Shown: piece by piece, positions 47,117 to 56,300 of the stretch
How the letters are laid out: each line of letters begins with the position of its first letter
Numbering within the stretch: position 1 is the stretch's first letter
Virus record (IMG/VR): IMGVR_UViG_3300023082_000010
Coordinates: 1-64,000 of that record
Length of the DNA stretch: 64,000 nucleotides
Direction: 5' to 3' (one strand)
From: a virus
Position numbers and translations under genes: made by a program
Notes under the pieces: generated by a model
What the model was told of the DNA's origin: nothing
What the model saw: the letters and a program-made list of their open reading frames with translations, nothing else
The model's database searches: none

Positions 47117-47898
47117 TGGTAAGGCCTCTTGCTGATTTCATAAGAATATTCATAGGTAAATCCTTCTTTGTTTTCATTTAAATTGTTAGAGATTTTACTT
47201 CTAGAAATACCTGTCTGTTTTGAGGCGCTTAGTATGGAGTCATAAACAATATTATCTATTTTAAACTTCCACTTACCAACTCTAGAATTCTTATTTTTAA
47301 TGCTTATATCTTCTTCTACCAAACCTAGTGATATATGGAGATATAAAAGCTCGGGATCTTCATTTAAAGCTTCTGCTGCTTCTCGTAAAGTATTAAACCA
47401 AATACCTCTTACATACTGAGGAGCATCATATACAGACCCTTTTCTTGGATTAGATACTTCACCTAATATCCCTTGCCTTTTTCTGTTATGGAAGGTTACA
47501 GCAGCCATGCCAAGAGAAGCTAAGGCCACTCTTCTATTAGGAAACCAGAAACCTGATACAAATACTGGTTCATCATCAGACCTAGATGCAACTTTATGGC
47601 CTGTTCCACCAGCACCACCCGGCTTGATGTTGTAACCATTTTCCACTGTATTAAAAGCTGAAATGGCTTTTACTTCTAGATCATAAATATATTCTTTTGA
47701 GCCAACACATAACACATCAAAACTGAAATTCTCCGGGCCGTATTTATTTACAGCCTTTTTAATGATTGAATTTTTATTTTGATTAGGGTTGTAGAAGTGT
47801 TGTTTCTTTCGTGCGCTTAAGTTCTTAGTAACACCAATGTATAGCTTTCCATTTACCAAATTCGTAATCTTATAAAGATAGTGAACAATTTCTTTCAT
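47113..47898 (-). CDS. GIY-YIG homing endonuclease
   Basis: HYLYKITN.VNGK.YIG.T.N...R...H...GYN...GG; NUMOD-like C-terminal repeats; AT-rich. Confidence 0.85.
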   Translation of the reverse strand: MKEIVHYLYKITNLVNGKLYIGVTKNLSARKKQHFYNPNQNKNSIIKKAVNKYGPENFSFDVLCVGSKEYIYDLEVKAISAFNTVENGYNIKPGGAGGTGHKVASRSDDEPVFVSGFWFPNRRVALASLGMAAVTFHNRKRQGILGEVSNPRKGSVYDAPQYVRGIWFNTLREAAEALNEDPELLYLHISLGLVEEDISIKNKNSRVGKWKFKIDNIVYDSILSASKQTGISRSKISNNLNENKEGFTYEYSYEISKRPYQ

Positions 47899-47913
47899 TT
47901 ACTACCTCTATGT

Positions 47914-48456
47914 TTATATTACGGGGATTGGGCCTTCCGGCACTCTGAAAATTGTATCTGCTGTTACATCTTCAACTACTACGGCTTCTATCAAATCAAC
48001 TACATCTTGCGTCAGTGCAATATAAGAGAAGGTGACATCCATGTTATGATATTCAACCCACTTAGTATCTCTTTTCTGTGGAGCACGTCTCACATTACTT
48101 TTTCGCATAATACCAAGTTTGTTTCTTTTTAAATCTTCAAATACAAGATAGTTATTATTAATTCTTTGATTGAGGCTGTGTGACATGTCGCCACTTTGAC
48201 TACCAATAAAACTTAGTTGTACCAATACCTCATAAGCTACTTGAGTTGCTTGTCTGTTTTGGATGTCAAGCTTACTGGATGTTACGTGATGACCTTGTTG
48301 TGTAATACTTAAGATGTTTACAACAACATAGGATTCAGCAGGTTCAGATCCATTTGAGTTTGAGTGGATTACTGGTACTGTTGGATATTCTGATAAAGCT
48401 GTGATTACCACTTTGCGAATGTTTGTTCTAAGCTGAGTGAATAAATTACTTGCCAT
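47914..48456 (-). CDS. tail terminator / neck protein
   Basis: Synteny between head-completion genes and the sheath. Confidence 0.65.
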   Translation of the reverse strand: MASNLFTQLRTNIRKVVITALSEYPTVPVIHSNSNGSEPAESYVVVNILSITQQGHHVTSSKLDIQNRQATQVAYEVLVQLSFIGSQSGDMSHSLNQRINNNYLVFEDLKRNKLGIMRKSNVRRAPQKRDTKWVEYHNMDVTFSYIALTQDVVDLIEAVVVEDVTADTIFRVPEGPIPVI

Positions 48457-48944
48457 TAAACACTCCCAACCCTTGAGCTAACATTTGCAATCAACTCACT
48501 GGTTTCAACCAAAGGATCATCAAACCCTTTGAGTTCAATTGTAAGGGGTGCGTTTCGTGGAGTATCCCAATCCAGCATCACTTTACGAAGAGTTCGTTCA
48601 AAGTTTTGACCAGCCTTGTTCAGTACAGTCATAACCTCTTTCCCGGAAGCTACAGCTTTAATCATATCCTTGAAATCATCTTTATTAGCACCGGCTTTCA
48701 ATGCACCCATAAGACCAGAAGTCATGAACGGTCTGGGTGGTGTAACAGAACCCGGAACTAGGGAGTTTTGACCGTTGATATGGCCTTCATTTGCCCATTG
48801 AGCTACCTGAGCGTAGGGAAGGTTATCATTGTCTGAACCATAGTTTTGACCAGCGAACCAACCAACATTTACAGGAGGGATGTTCTTTAGAAGGTCAGCT
48901 TTAAGTTTATCCCACACAGCTGTGTTTTTCTTTATAGTGGCCAT
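48456..48944 (-). CDS. neck / tail completion protein
   Basis: VGW...Y....A.VA...E.G...PPRPF...NAP.TI..KG.D.PL..T. Confidence 0.75.
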   Translation of the reverse strand: MATIKKNTAVWDKLKADLLKNIPPVNVGWFAGQNYGSDNDNLPYAQVAQWANEGHINGQNSLVPGSVTPPRPFMTSGLMGALKAGANKDDFKDMIKAVASGKEVMTVLNKAGQNFERTLRKVMLDWDTPRNAPLTIELKGFDDPLVETSELIANVSSRVGSV

Positions 48945-48953
48945 GGGGAATCC

Positions 48954-49322
48954 TTAGTTTGGGGTGAGTTCTATGCGGACTAGCTTTGCCTCAAAATGGT
49001 CTTGCACACCCATTTTAAAATTCTGAACCGCACGAACCTCGTACAAATCACCATCCCACGTTACACGGTCGGCGTCATTTCCATTAGCGCCTTCTTTCTT
49101 TTGTCTGACCAAACTTGCGGTAAACAACCACATCCAACTTTTAGTTCTGTCACTCTCAGGGAGCATCATTACTTGATAGTCTGAGAAAGGGTGTACGTTG
49201 GCTTGAATAACTACCTGTTGTTCAGCACCTTCCACCCAATCTCCATCAACGAAAGCGCCTTGGGAGTGACGTAGAATTGTGACTGGTGTTTTTCTTACTA
49301 GGGAGAATTGTGCAATACTCAT
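48954..49322 (-). CDS. head closure / head-tail joining protein
   Basis: G..VDG.WV.G....I.ANV.P....LPE..R...AD.V.W.G..YEV. Confidence 0.7.
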   Translation of the reverse strand: MSIAQFSLVRKTPVTILRHSQGAFVDGDWVEGAEQQVVIQANVHPFSDYQVMMLPESDRTKSWMWLFTASLVRQKKEGANGNDADRVTWDGDLYEVRAVQNFKMGVQDHFEAKLVRIELTPN

Positions 49323-49789
49323 AACCACTGACCGTTGGTATAATCATTGTAAAAATCATATGAAGTATTATTCCAAAATAAGTGGTTATATGGACAACCA
49401 GAAATCCTTGGTAAGCAAAGTCTCACAACATCCGGGTTAAGATTATTACGGAGCATATCCTGCCTAGAAATACCACCAGCATAAGGCATAGCTACAAAAA
49501 GGGAAGACTCACCACCACTAATCAAGTCACCCAAAGCGGCTGTATAAAGTGCTGCAAAATCATTCCAAACTTCATACTTACCCGCAGTTTCACGAGTAGG
49601 AGCTTTTGCAATTTGAAACCTTATTACTTTGGCAGCGGCGATTCCCGCTGACATCTCATCGTTAGGGTATTTATCTGCAAAATACTGATATGTGGCATCG
49701 TCAAGTATTTCAAAATCCTCAAAAACATCGCCTGTTATTAGTCTTAGGCGATCTATTACTGAGGTTGCGGGGTGTCCTGTATAAGCCAA
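49319..49789 (-). CDS. head-tail adaptor protein
   Basis: DRLRL..GD......L.D..Y; PYAGGIS; synteny. Confidence 0.7.
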   Translation of the reverse strand: MAYTGHPATSVIDRLRLITGDVFEDFEILDDATYQYFADKYPNDEMSAGIAAAKVIRFQIAKAPTRETAGKYEVWNDFAALYTAALGDLISGGESSLFVAMPYAGGISRQDMLRNNLNPDVVRLCLPRISGCPYNHLFWNNTSYDFYNDYTNGQWL

Positions 49790-49828
49790 TGCTATCTCCT
49801 TATTCTACATAAGGCAGCAATGCCTTCA

Positions 49829-50032
49829 TTATTCTTGAAGAGCTTTAACAAGCTTGTTATAAGCTTCAGCTACATCTTTAATTGTAAGCTTGGATTCAAG
49901 ATCCAATTCTTCAATCTTACTAAAATCTCTAGCTTCACCACCCAAAGTATTTACATGGGCAACAAGCTTATCCATCATTTGACGATTACCAGAGCGCAAA
50001 TCATCTTGTGTAAATTCAAAACTCATATTCAT
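49829..50032 (-). CDS. small virion protein (head-fibre-like C-terminal helix)
   Basis: T..DVA.AYN.LV.AL tail; follows the major capsid gene. Confidence 0.45.
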   Translation of the reverse strand: MNMSFEFTQDDLRSGNRQMMDKLVAHVNTLGGEARDFSKIEELDLESKLTIKDVAEAYNKLVKALQE

Positions 50033-50048
50033 ATCCTTTATTAAATGT

Positions 50049-50073
50049 AAGAGGGGCTTTTACACCCCTCTTT
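50049..50073 (-). terminator. terminator after the major capsid gene
   Basis: AAGAGGGG...CCCCTCTT hairpin. Confidence 0.65.
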
Positions 50074-50083
50074 AATCCAAGTC

Positions 50084-51187
50084 TTATGGAGTATAAGGTT
50101 GAACTGGAACAGTACCACCCGGCAGGTAGGCAACAACAATTTCCTGTGGACGACTTACGAAGTTCAAGAGGTTAGTCTCAGTTTCAACTTCAATGATTTC
50201 GTCTTTAGGGTCACGGAATTCCCAAGCGTAGGAAGCTTGAGCAACCGAGTTGACGGTGCTGAACTTGTTAGGAGTGGCATAGTAGGTGGTGAACAGATCA
50301 TCTACGCCCAACGGCAGGAAGTAGGCTTGACCTTCTGGAATGAAGGTGGTGCCAGCTTGAGGACGTACTTCGTAGAAAGTAACACCTTGGTATTCAAAGC
50401 TGCGATACAGAACACCTTCTGCGCCACCAACCAAACCACCAACTTGACGATTCAACAGGAGGTTGGACGTACCACCAGCCAGTTGAGCTTTCAGGATATC
50501 AGTGATGTAAGCGTTGTTGATCAGCGCTTGGAAGTAGGTAGGCGAGCACAGAGCGATGAAACGGTTTACAATTTCACCCGATTGCAGGTTATCTTGCAGA
50601 CCAGCAACTACGTTGTTAATAGTTGCATCTGGGGTGGTGGAGGTAGCCAGATCAGTAGAAATCTGAGTACGCTGTACTTGGAACTCTTGGTAGAAGTTCT
50701 GGGTAACAGTGCCACGAGGGGCGTAAACACTACCAGTGGTGATCAGGTTGAAACGTGAGACTTCACGAACCCATGCGTGTGCTTTACGGGCTTTAGCCAG
50801 CTTGCGAGCACGAACGGCATCGATGGTTTCCAGATCATTACCTTGATACACTTGTGCCCAAGCAGCGATACCTTCCACGTCCTGTGGAGTGATAGCGTAA
50901 GATGCTGGGAAGTGAGGAACGTCAATGCGCATGTAGCGCTTGCCATCTGGAGACAGAGTTTGGGATTTCTCACCCCAGTTGTAGTCTTGCAGAGCACCAG
51001 CCAAAACTTCGTTGTAAACTGGAACCAGAGCGTGTTTCTGGGTCAAGAATACATCTTCAAACAGACCAAGTTGGTCCATCAAGAAATAGCGGTTAGGGAC
51101 AATGTTGATTGCAGGGGTGATTTCAATACGGCGATTTGCGTTAGCCGGATCGAAAGCGAGTGCTTTACTCAGGAATTGCTCAGACAT
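50084..51187 (-). CDS. major capsid protein (lambda gpE-like)
   Basis: IT.AIN.VPN.Y.L..QLGLF, IDVPHF, EV.TETN.L....RP; strongly biased codon use. Confidence 0.9.
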   Translation of the reverse strand: MSEQFLSKALAFDPANANRRIEITPAINIVPNRYFLMDQLGLFEDVFLTQKHALVPVYNEVLAGALQDYNWGEKSQTLSPDGKRYMRIDVPHFPASYAITPQDVEGIAAWAQVYQGNDLETIDAVRARKLAKARKAHAWVREVSRFNLITTGSVYAPRGTVTQNFYQEFQVQRTQISTDLATSTTPDATINNVVAGLQDNLQSGEIVNRFIALCSPTYFQALINNAYITDILKAQLAGGTSNLLLNRQVGGLVGGAEGVLYRSFEYQGVTFYEVRPQAGTTFIPEGQAYFLPLGVDDLFTTYYATPNKFSTVNSVAQASYAWEFRDPKDEIIEVETETNLLNFVSRPQEIVVAYLPGGTVPVQPYTP

Positions 51188-51213
51188 TTAATATATTTCC
51201 TTTAGATTAATTT

Positions 51214-51615
51214 TTAGACAGCGACCAACACGTCAATACCTTGGGCATTGAGTTGGGCGGTGACAGCAACCATCTGAGCAGTATTAATACCGTTTACAGA
51301 TTTCAGCAGGTAGTCACTAACTTGAGCCGGACCACGATACATAACCAATGCAGGAGCGTTGGCAGTCAGGGTGAAAGTGTCACGAACGTCGTAGTGATCA
51401 CCCAACACCATTGCCAGAATAGAACCGGCAGGAATAGCAGCACCAGCAACATACTTAGCAAAGGTAGCGCTCAAAGCAGTACCGACAACCAAAGTACCCA
51501 GCGGGTAGGTGCCAGCAGGCAAGGTGACTTCATCACGGCAGTAGCCATCAGCAGGCGAGAATTCACGTACAACGAGGTCGCCGAGGGTGCGAATATTAAA
51601 GTTTACCAGAGGCAT
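51214..51615 (-). CDS. head decoration protein
   Basis: L.DLV.RE.....GYCR..VT...RGPA; between scaffold and MCP. Confidence 0.8.
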   Translation of the reverse strand: MPLVNFNIRTLGDLVVREFSPADGYCRDEVTLPAGTYPLGTLVVGTALSATFAKYVAGAAIPAGSILAMVLGDHYDVRDTFTLTANAPALVMYRGPAQVSDYLLKSVNGINTAQMVAVTAQLNAQGIDVLVAV

Positions 51616-52589
51616 TATTTAGCTTCCTTTTGAAATTTTTCTTGATAGGATTTGGTAAGAGCAGCAACACCGTCAAGTTCAACAGTATCGGCAGCTTCAC
51701 CCGAAACGCCTTGTTCTTTGAACAGGTCACTTTCTTCAACAGCTTTTTTGTCCTTAGCCATTGCTTTAGCAACTACTTCAAAGGCTTCAGCGGACAACGC
51801 CTCGGTGGATTTGTAGAGAATTTCTACTTCGTCTTCGGCTACACCTGCTTCTTTCAGGACTGCTTTACGGCCCTTCTCAACAGATTCTTTTTCTTTAGCT
51901 TGCAAGCCTTTGACAACTTCAAGAGCTGCATCCAGTTCGACTTGTTTAGCTACGATTTCTTCTTGTTTTTCTTGAACAGCTTTAGCTACAGCTTCTTCAA
52001 CAGCTTTGCTAATCTGTTCTTCGTGAACTGCTTTAGTTACGAACTCAGACATTTCATTACCTTTATTGATGGACTTTTCCACAGAGGGAGAGGTTGTACC
52101 TTGCAGTACGTTCACGCCCTCTTGCGAGGACAATGCTTGCTCAAACTTCTTTTGTGTCTCAAGAAGCAAAAGCAATTCTTCTGGTTTAAGGGAAGCAATA
52201 GCTTTGTTAATCTCAGCCTCGCTTTTATCCATAACCAAGGATTTCATAAGAGTTACAGCAGATACTTTTTCATTAATCCACTGCTCATACCAATCTACAG
52301 TTTCTTCTTGCTCTTCGGGCTCAGTATCCAGTCCCATAATCTTTGCAAGAACAATTGCGTCATCCCACCAAAGGCCAAAGAATGTGGTTAGGAAGTCAAC
52401 AATGTTCATTTCAACTTGAACCATTGTTGCTTTATCTACTTGCTCGTCGGTAATCTTGTCAGTAGCTTTTGTGAGCAAAGTAGTGACGCCATTTGCTGGA
52501 CCACCCTGATGCTTTCCAACAAGGGCTACGTGCGAGCCTTCACCTTCAAAGTTAAAGTTAGATAGCCGCTTACGTGCTTGATCTGTCAT
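51615..52589 (-). CDS. capsid scaffolding protein
   Basis: HVALV...QGG.ANG N-terminus, E/K/A-rich coiled coil; synteny. Confidence 0.7.
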   Translation of the reverse strand: MTDQARKRLSNFNFEGEGSHVALVGKHQGGPANGVTTLLTKATDKITDEQVDKATMVQVEMNIVDFLTTFFGLWWDDAIVLAKIMGLDTEPEEQEETVDWYEQWINEKVSAVTLMKSLVMDKSEAEINKAIASLKPEELLLLLETQKKFEQALSSQEGVNVLQGTTSPSVEKSINKGNEMSEFVTKAVHEEQISKAVEEAVAKAVQEKQEEIVAKQVELDAALEVVKGLQAKEKESVEKGRKAVLKEAGVAEDEVEILYKSTEALSAEAFEVVAKAMAKDKKAVEESDLFKEQGVSGEAADTVELDGVAALTKSYQEKFQKEAK

Positions 52590-53042
52590 TTACAATTCTT
52601 CCACAGTAGCGCGGCAACCAATGCTGACTCCGCAAATATCACCAGATTTAACTTGCTTCCACAGTTTATCGGAATCACTGTTTCCTTCTGGAAAGTAAAA
52701 CCACTGTAGCCAAGTACCTTTTTTAATCATTCGTCCATCATCAAGCATAAAGTCTGAGGGAGAGATAAATGATTGTTCAATCTTTGCAGTTTCAATTTGA
52801 ACTTGATGAAACAAGTTTGCTTTATTACAATGAGTGTTAAAGTTAATGCAAGCTTTCTCTACTTCATCAGCAGAATAGATATCACCATGCAAGTCAACAG
52901 TGTCAGGCTCAAGAACCACAAACAAAGCTCTTCGCTGTTCAAGGTCAATAGTTTTGGTCACCTCTACAACAGGTTCTTGTTCCTTTGAACCACCAAAGAA
53001 TTTCTCAAGCAGTTCGTAAAGCTTTTCTGATTTATTAGGCAT
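52590..53042 (-). CDS. prohead protease (XkdF-like)
   Basis: VLEPD.VD.HGD.....EV.KAC..F...H...IKKGTW...W..VKSG...G.SIG; start MPNKS overlaps the portal stop. Confidence 0.8.
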   Translation of the reverse strand: MPNKSEKLYELLEKFFGGSKEQEPVVEVTKTIDLEQRRALFVVLEPDTVDLHGDIYSADEVEKACINFNTHCNKANLFHQVQIETAKIEQSFISPSDFMLDDGRMIKKGTWLQWFYFPEGNSDSDKLWKQVKSGDICGVSIGCRATVEEL

Positions 53043-54537
53043 TTTCTGTATTCCCTGTTGAACTATCACCACTGCCGCCTGTGTTATCACCCGTACCACC
53101 GGGAAGCCCTGAACTAAATGAATCGCCACTTGAGCTTGTCTTTTCAGGCAAGTATTCTTCCATAGGTTCTTTATCCATGTCGTGTGGCTTAGCACCAATA
53201 GACTGCCGAGTGATGTTCAATACTTCACGGTCAAGTTCAATAGAGCCGGTAGCAGCATAACGTTGAACAGCCTTGGACAAGATATCAAGATCACTTTGTT
53301 GAACTTCTTCATATTCCCAGTAAGGCAATTCGCCTTCTAGGTTCCAGCCATTCATCTTGAATAGAAGATCACGAAGCTCTTTAAGAGTCTCTTGCATACC
53401 CATGAGCTTGTCTTCAACAGCCATTATTACCAAGGAATTCTTGGTATCGGACAGGCTGTAGGAGCCAACCGAACTCTGACCCATCTGAAGGATATCGGCC
53501 CAAAGAGCTTGTAAAATAGCAGAGTTATACCGACCAATGATGTCGTTTGTATTGAATCGATTAGACCCACCAGAGCTTACAAGGTCGAACTCAAATAACA
53601 AGTTACCATTATCATCCCGATCAGATGGGGTTGTAAGAGATGCCTGTTCATTAGCTTGAATATTACGCCCAATATTCATGTAAGCTTCATAAGCAGCTTT
53701 CTTATCATCACTAGCATTCTCTGCCATGTAATCAGACGGAATCCTAAAATGGGGAATACCATTCAAATCACGAGACAGGCTTATAGCTTCATGCTCTTCA
53801 ATCTTGGTGCGATACTTCCAAGCGTAGTAGCACTTTAGCAAAGGGCTTGTACCCATTGGGTTGCCACGGCTGCTGTCACAAGTAAAGTTCAGAAGCTTAC
53901 TCTTACGAATAAACACTTCATCCATACTTGTAGCTTTACCACCGTTAAAACCACCATAGAAATCTAGAATACCTTTGGGATTCTGCCAGAAGCCCAGAAA
54001 TGTACGACCGTCTTCTGAAAACTCAGCACGACTAATGGTGTCTTGTGAACGAATGGGCAATTTTCTAATTGCTACCAAACCATCATCATACTTAGAACCA
54101 GCAGACTTCAAACGTTTACGCAGTACGATTTCATGAGGGGCAAATCCGTAAGTATAAAAACTTACAGCTTCCTTAATAAATGAATACCACGAATGCTCCA
54201 TGTCATCTTGTACTTGAGCCAAGAACTTAGCGTGTTTCTTAGTCTCTTCACTAGCATCCACAGGGACATGAACATTCCATTTAACCCTACTCATCATCAT
54301 CTGAAAGAGGTTAAGACCAGATGCAATAGTTGCATCATTGCTCATTGTCTTGTAAGTTTTAGCTGCTTGAGGATATTGAAGTTCTCTGCGCGATTCCTCA
54401 AGGATTTGACCATTAATTTGCTTCAGACCAATTGCACCAGTTTCACTGTAAGGGATACGTGGCACACTTTCAGATCCAGTGGAGAGGTCTAGGCTATCAG
54501 CAGCAGCTTTTTTAACGCGTGCCATAGGCATCACCAT
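53035..54537 (-). CDS. portal protein
   Basis: Follows terL; Y..M..D..I, YGF..HE, NP.G.SPL..CY..W.Y, GS.SL. Confidence 0.88.
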   Translation of the reverse strand: MVMPMARVKKAAADSLDLSTGSESVPRIPYSETGAIGLKQINGQILEESRRELQYPQAAKTYKTMSNDATIASGLNLFQMMMSRVKWNVHVPVDASEETKKHAKFLAQVQDDMEHSWYSFIKEAVSFYTYGFAPHEIVLRKRLKSAGSKYDDGLVAIRKLPIRSQDTISRAEFSEDGRTFLGFWQNPKGILDFYGGFNGGKATSMDEVFIRKSKLLNFTCDSSRGNPMGTSPLLKCYYAWKYRTKIEEHEAISLSRDLNGIPHFRIPSDYMAENASDDKKAAYEAYMNIGRNIQANEQASLTTPSDRDDNGNLLFEFDLVSSGGSNRFNTNDIIGRYNSAILQALWADILQMGQSSVGSYSLSDTKNSLVIMAVEDKLMGMQETLKELRDLLFKMNGWNLEGELPYWEYEEVQQSDLDILSKAVQRYAATGSIELDREVLNITRQSIGAKPHDMDKEPMEEYLPEKTSSSGDSFSSGLPGGTGDNTGGSGDSSTGNTENA

Positions 54538-54576
54538 TAGGCATCCGTGTGTGCCTCCTTATAGTAGTTTGGCTAA

Positions 54577-56300
54577 TCAAAGCCTGAATTCGTTTGTCTT
54601 GGTGTAGATGGGAACTGCGAAGGATGGTACGCTTTTGTTTTGTGCCAAAGTGAGGTAGGCCAAAGAAGCACAGTCTGCCATATCATCGTGGCCCATTTCT
54701 CCACTACGTCTCTGTCCATCAAAAGCTTCAAGTTCCTTGTGAAAGAAATCATTATCCGCTACAATTTTATTCCAAAGATCATTGCAGCAACCTTTCACAA
54801 TAGAAACAACACCTAGTTCGGCAGATGCAGCAAAAGGTCTGAAGGAGTCCAGCTTACCTAGTGATGCTCTTTTTGTTTTAACCACATATCCATGTTCAAT
54901 AATAGAACGAGCTATTAGCATAGTAGATGCCTTAGCTGCTGGGTTAGGGTCTTCTCCGAGAATAATTTCTACTTCGGGACCATCCCTTTGAGCACTGTCT
55001 AGGATTTGTTTTTCCCAATCACCAAATGTTATTCGTGTTCTATAGACATCAAGGATCACATAATTACCATTTCTCAGCTTACCAAGCTTCAATGAGGCGA
55101 AGTAATCGGGCGATCTGTTTCCGTCGTGTGGCAAAGTGCCAGCGAAGTCAAAAACCCGAACTACCTTTGAAAACTCTGAATGGTGGGGTGCTTGAGTCAA
55201 CACTGGAACAGTATTCCTATCGTAATAGGTGCTGTTCTCCGGCTTTGCAAACCAATTCCCATAGAGCAATCGCTCGCGGTCAAGTTTTGGAAGAGATTCC
55301 AAATTTGAGCGATATAGTGGGTTACTTTTCTTCAGTGGGGGGTTATCATCAATAGTGCCAAATAACCCTTGAAAGCTAATTGGCTTTACTTGATCGTCAT
55401 GTTCGGCTTCTAATTTAGGATTTCCGTACTTGTCAATAAGCTCTTGCGCACTTTCACCCCAAACAATATCACCAGCCACTCGGAGCAGATAACGAACTGT
55501 GCCATTCTTTTCTGGGTCTGGGCGGCCAGCTAGTGCATGGCCCTCTGGATATAAATACCATTGTGCGTACTTTAGAAGCCAGCTTGAATTGTCAGGATTG
55601 CATGACATGACAATTCCGTGGACATTCTTCGCCTCAGACCTAAGCCGCGACCAAAGCCACCAAATATCTTCTTCCTCCGCGTGAGTTGCCTCATCATAAA
55701 AGATATTTGAAATTTGAATACCTTGATATTTCTTAGCTGCGTTAGCATTCTCATAGTGCGAGAAGCTAATCTCTGCACCACTAGAAAATACTAATTTTTG
55801 ATCTTTCAATCGAATTTTAAGACTAGGATCATACTGACTATATAGTTTAACTGCTTCCTGAAACAGACCACCAGAAGCCATAATCGCACTGGAGTTCTTA
55901 CGAATACAATAAGCCTTATAGTTTGGATCTTCTACGAAACGAAGATGCCGCATTAACCCAACATAACTTTTGGAACTACCCAATAAATTCTAAGGTTCGT
56001 TAAACCTTCTCACATTTCTATGAGGATCGGACTATATCACCTGTTATTTCTAACAGCCCCCCGTTTCGATTGCACTTGCAACCTACTCTGCTACACTCAT
56101 CACAGATAGTCTCTGAACGTTACTTATTTCTAAGTCTTCGCTGCTGATTACCTTTAACTTAATAGTAAGGGTTCCAGCAATTAGAGGGGTTTAAAGCGGC
56201 CCGTAGTTCAAGCCGCCCCTCCAACTAGGAGGATTTGAGCATCTGAGAGCAGGTATTGCGATTGGAACCTGCTCTGAGCTGAGATAACAGTTTCTGTCAT
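54577..56300 (-). CDS. terL: terminase large subunit, spliced (exon 1 56211-56300, exon 2 54577-55980; 497 aa)
   Basis: The exons join to give LLVGGAA|GSSKS (Walker A); Walker B FYDEATH, SCNP, nuclease DFAGT...HDDMAD. Confidence 0.92.
55981..56210 (-). ncRNA. group I self-splicing intron (IA2-like, ORF-less, 230 nt) in terL
   Basis: P AAUUGCUGGAA, Q AAUCAGCAGC, R GUUCAGAGACUA, S GAUAUAGUCC; P1 with U.G at the 5' splice site; P10; P7.1/P7.2; terminal G. Confidence 0.93.

Noticed and set aside
46001-52419. Long plus-strand ORFs (46001-46606, 50099-50758, 51630-52391 and others)
   Set aside because: Antisense shadows of sheath, capsid and scaffold genes caused by biased codon use; no SD or protein motifs.
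52590-53198. 202-aa extended protease ORF overlapping the portal by 164 nt
   Set aside because: The N-terminal 52 aa are an off-frame read of the portal tail; the ATG at 53042 coupled to the portal stop is more plausible.
54577-55983. Track ORF starting at TTG 55983 as the complete TerL
   Set aside because: It begins mid-Walker A with no SD. The TTG is the last three intron nucleotides, and exon 1 supplies the real N-terminus.
56208-56210. TGA readthrough or an alternative genetic code in terL
   Set aside because: TGA, TAG and TAA all end genes normally elsewhere in the window, and the intron explains this stop.
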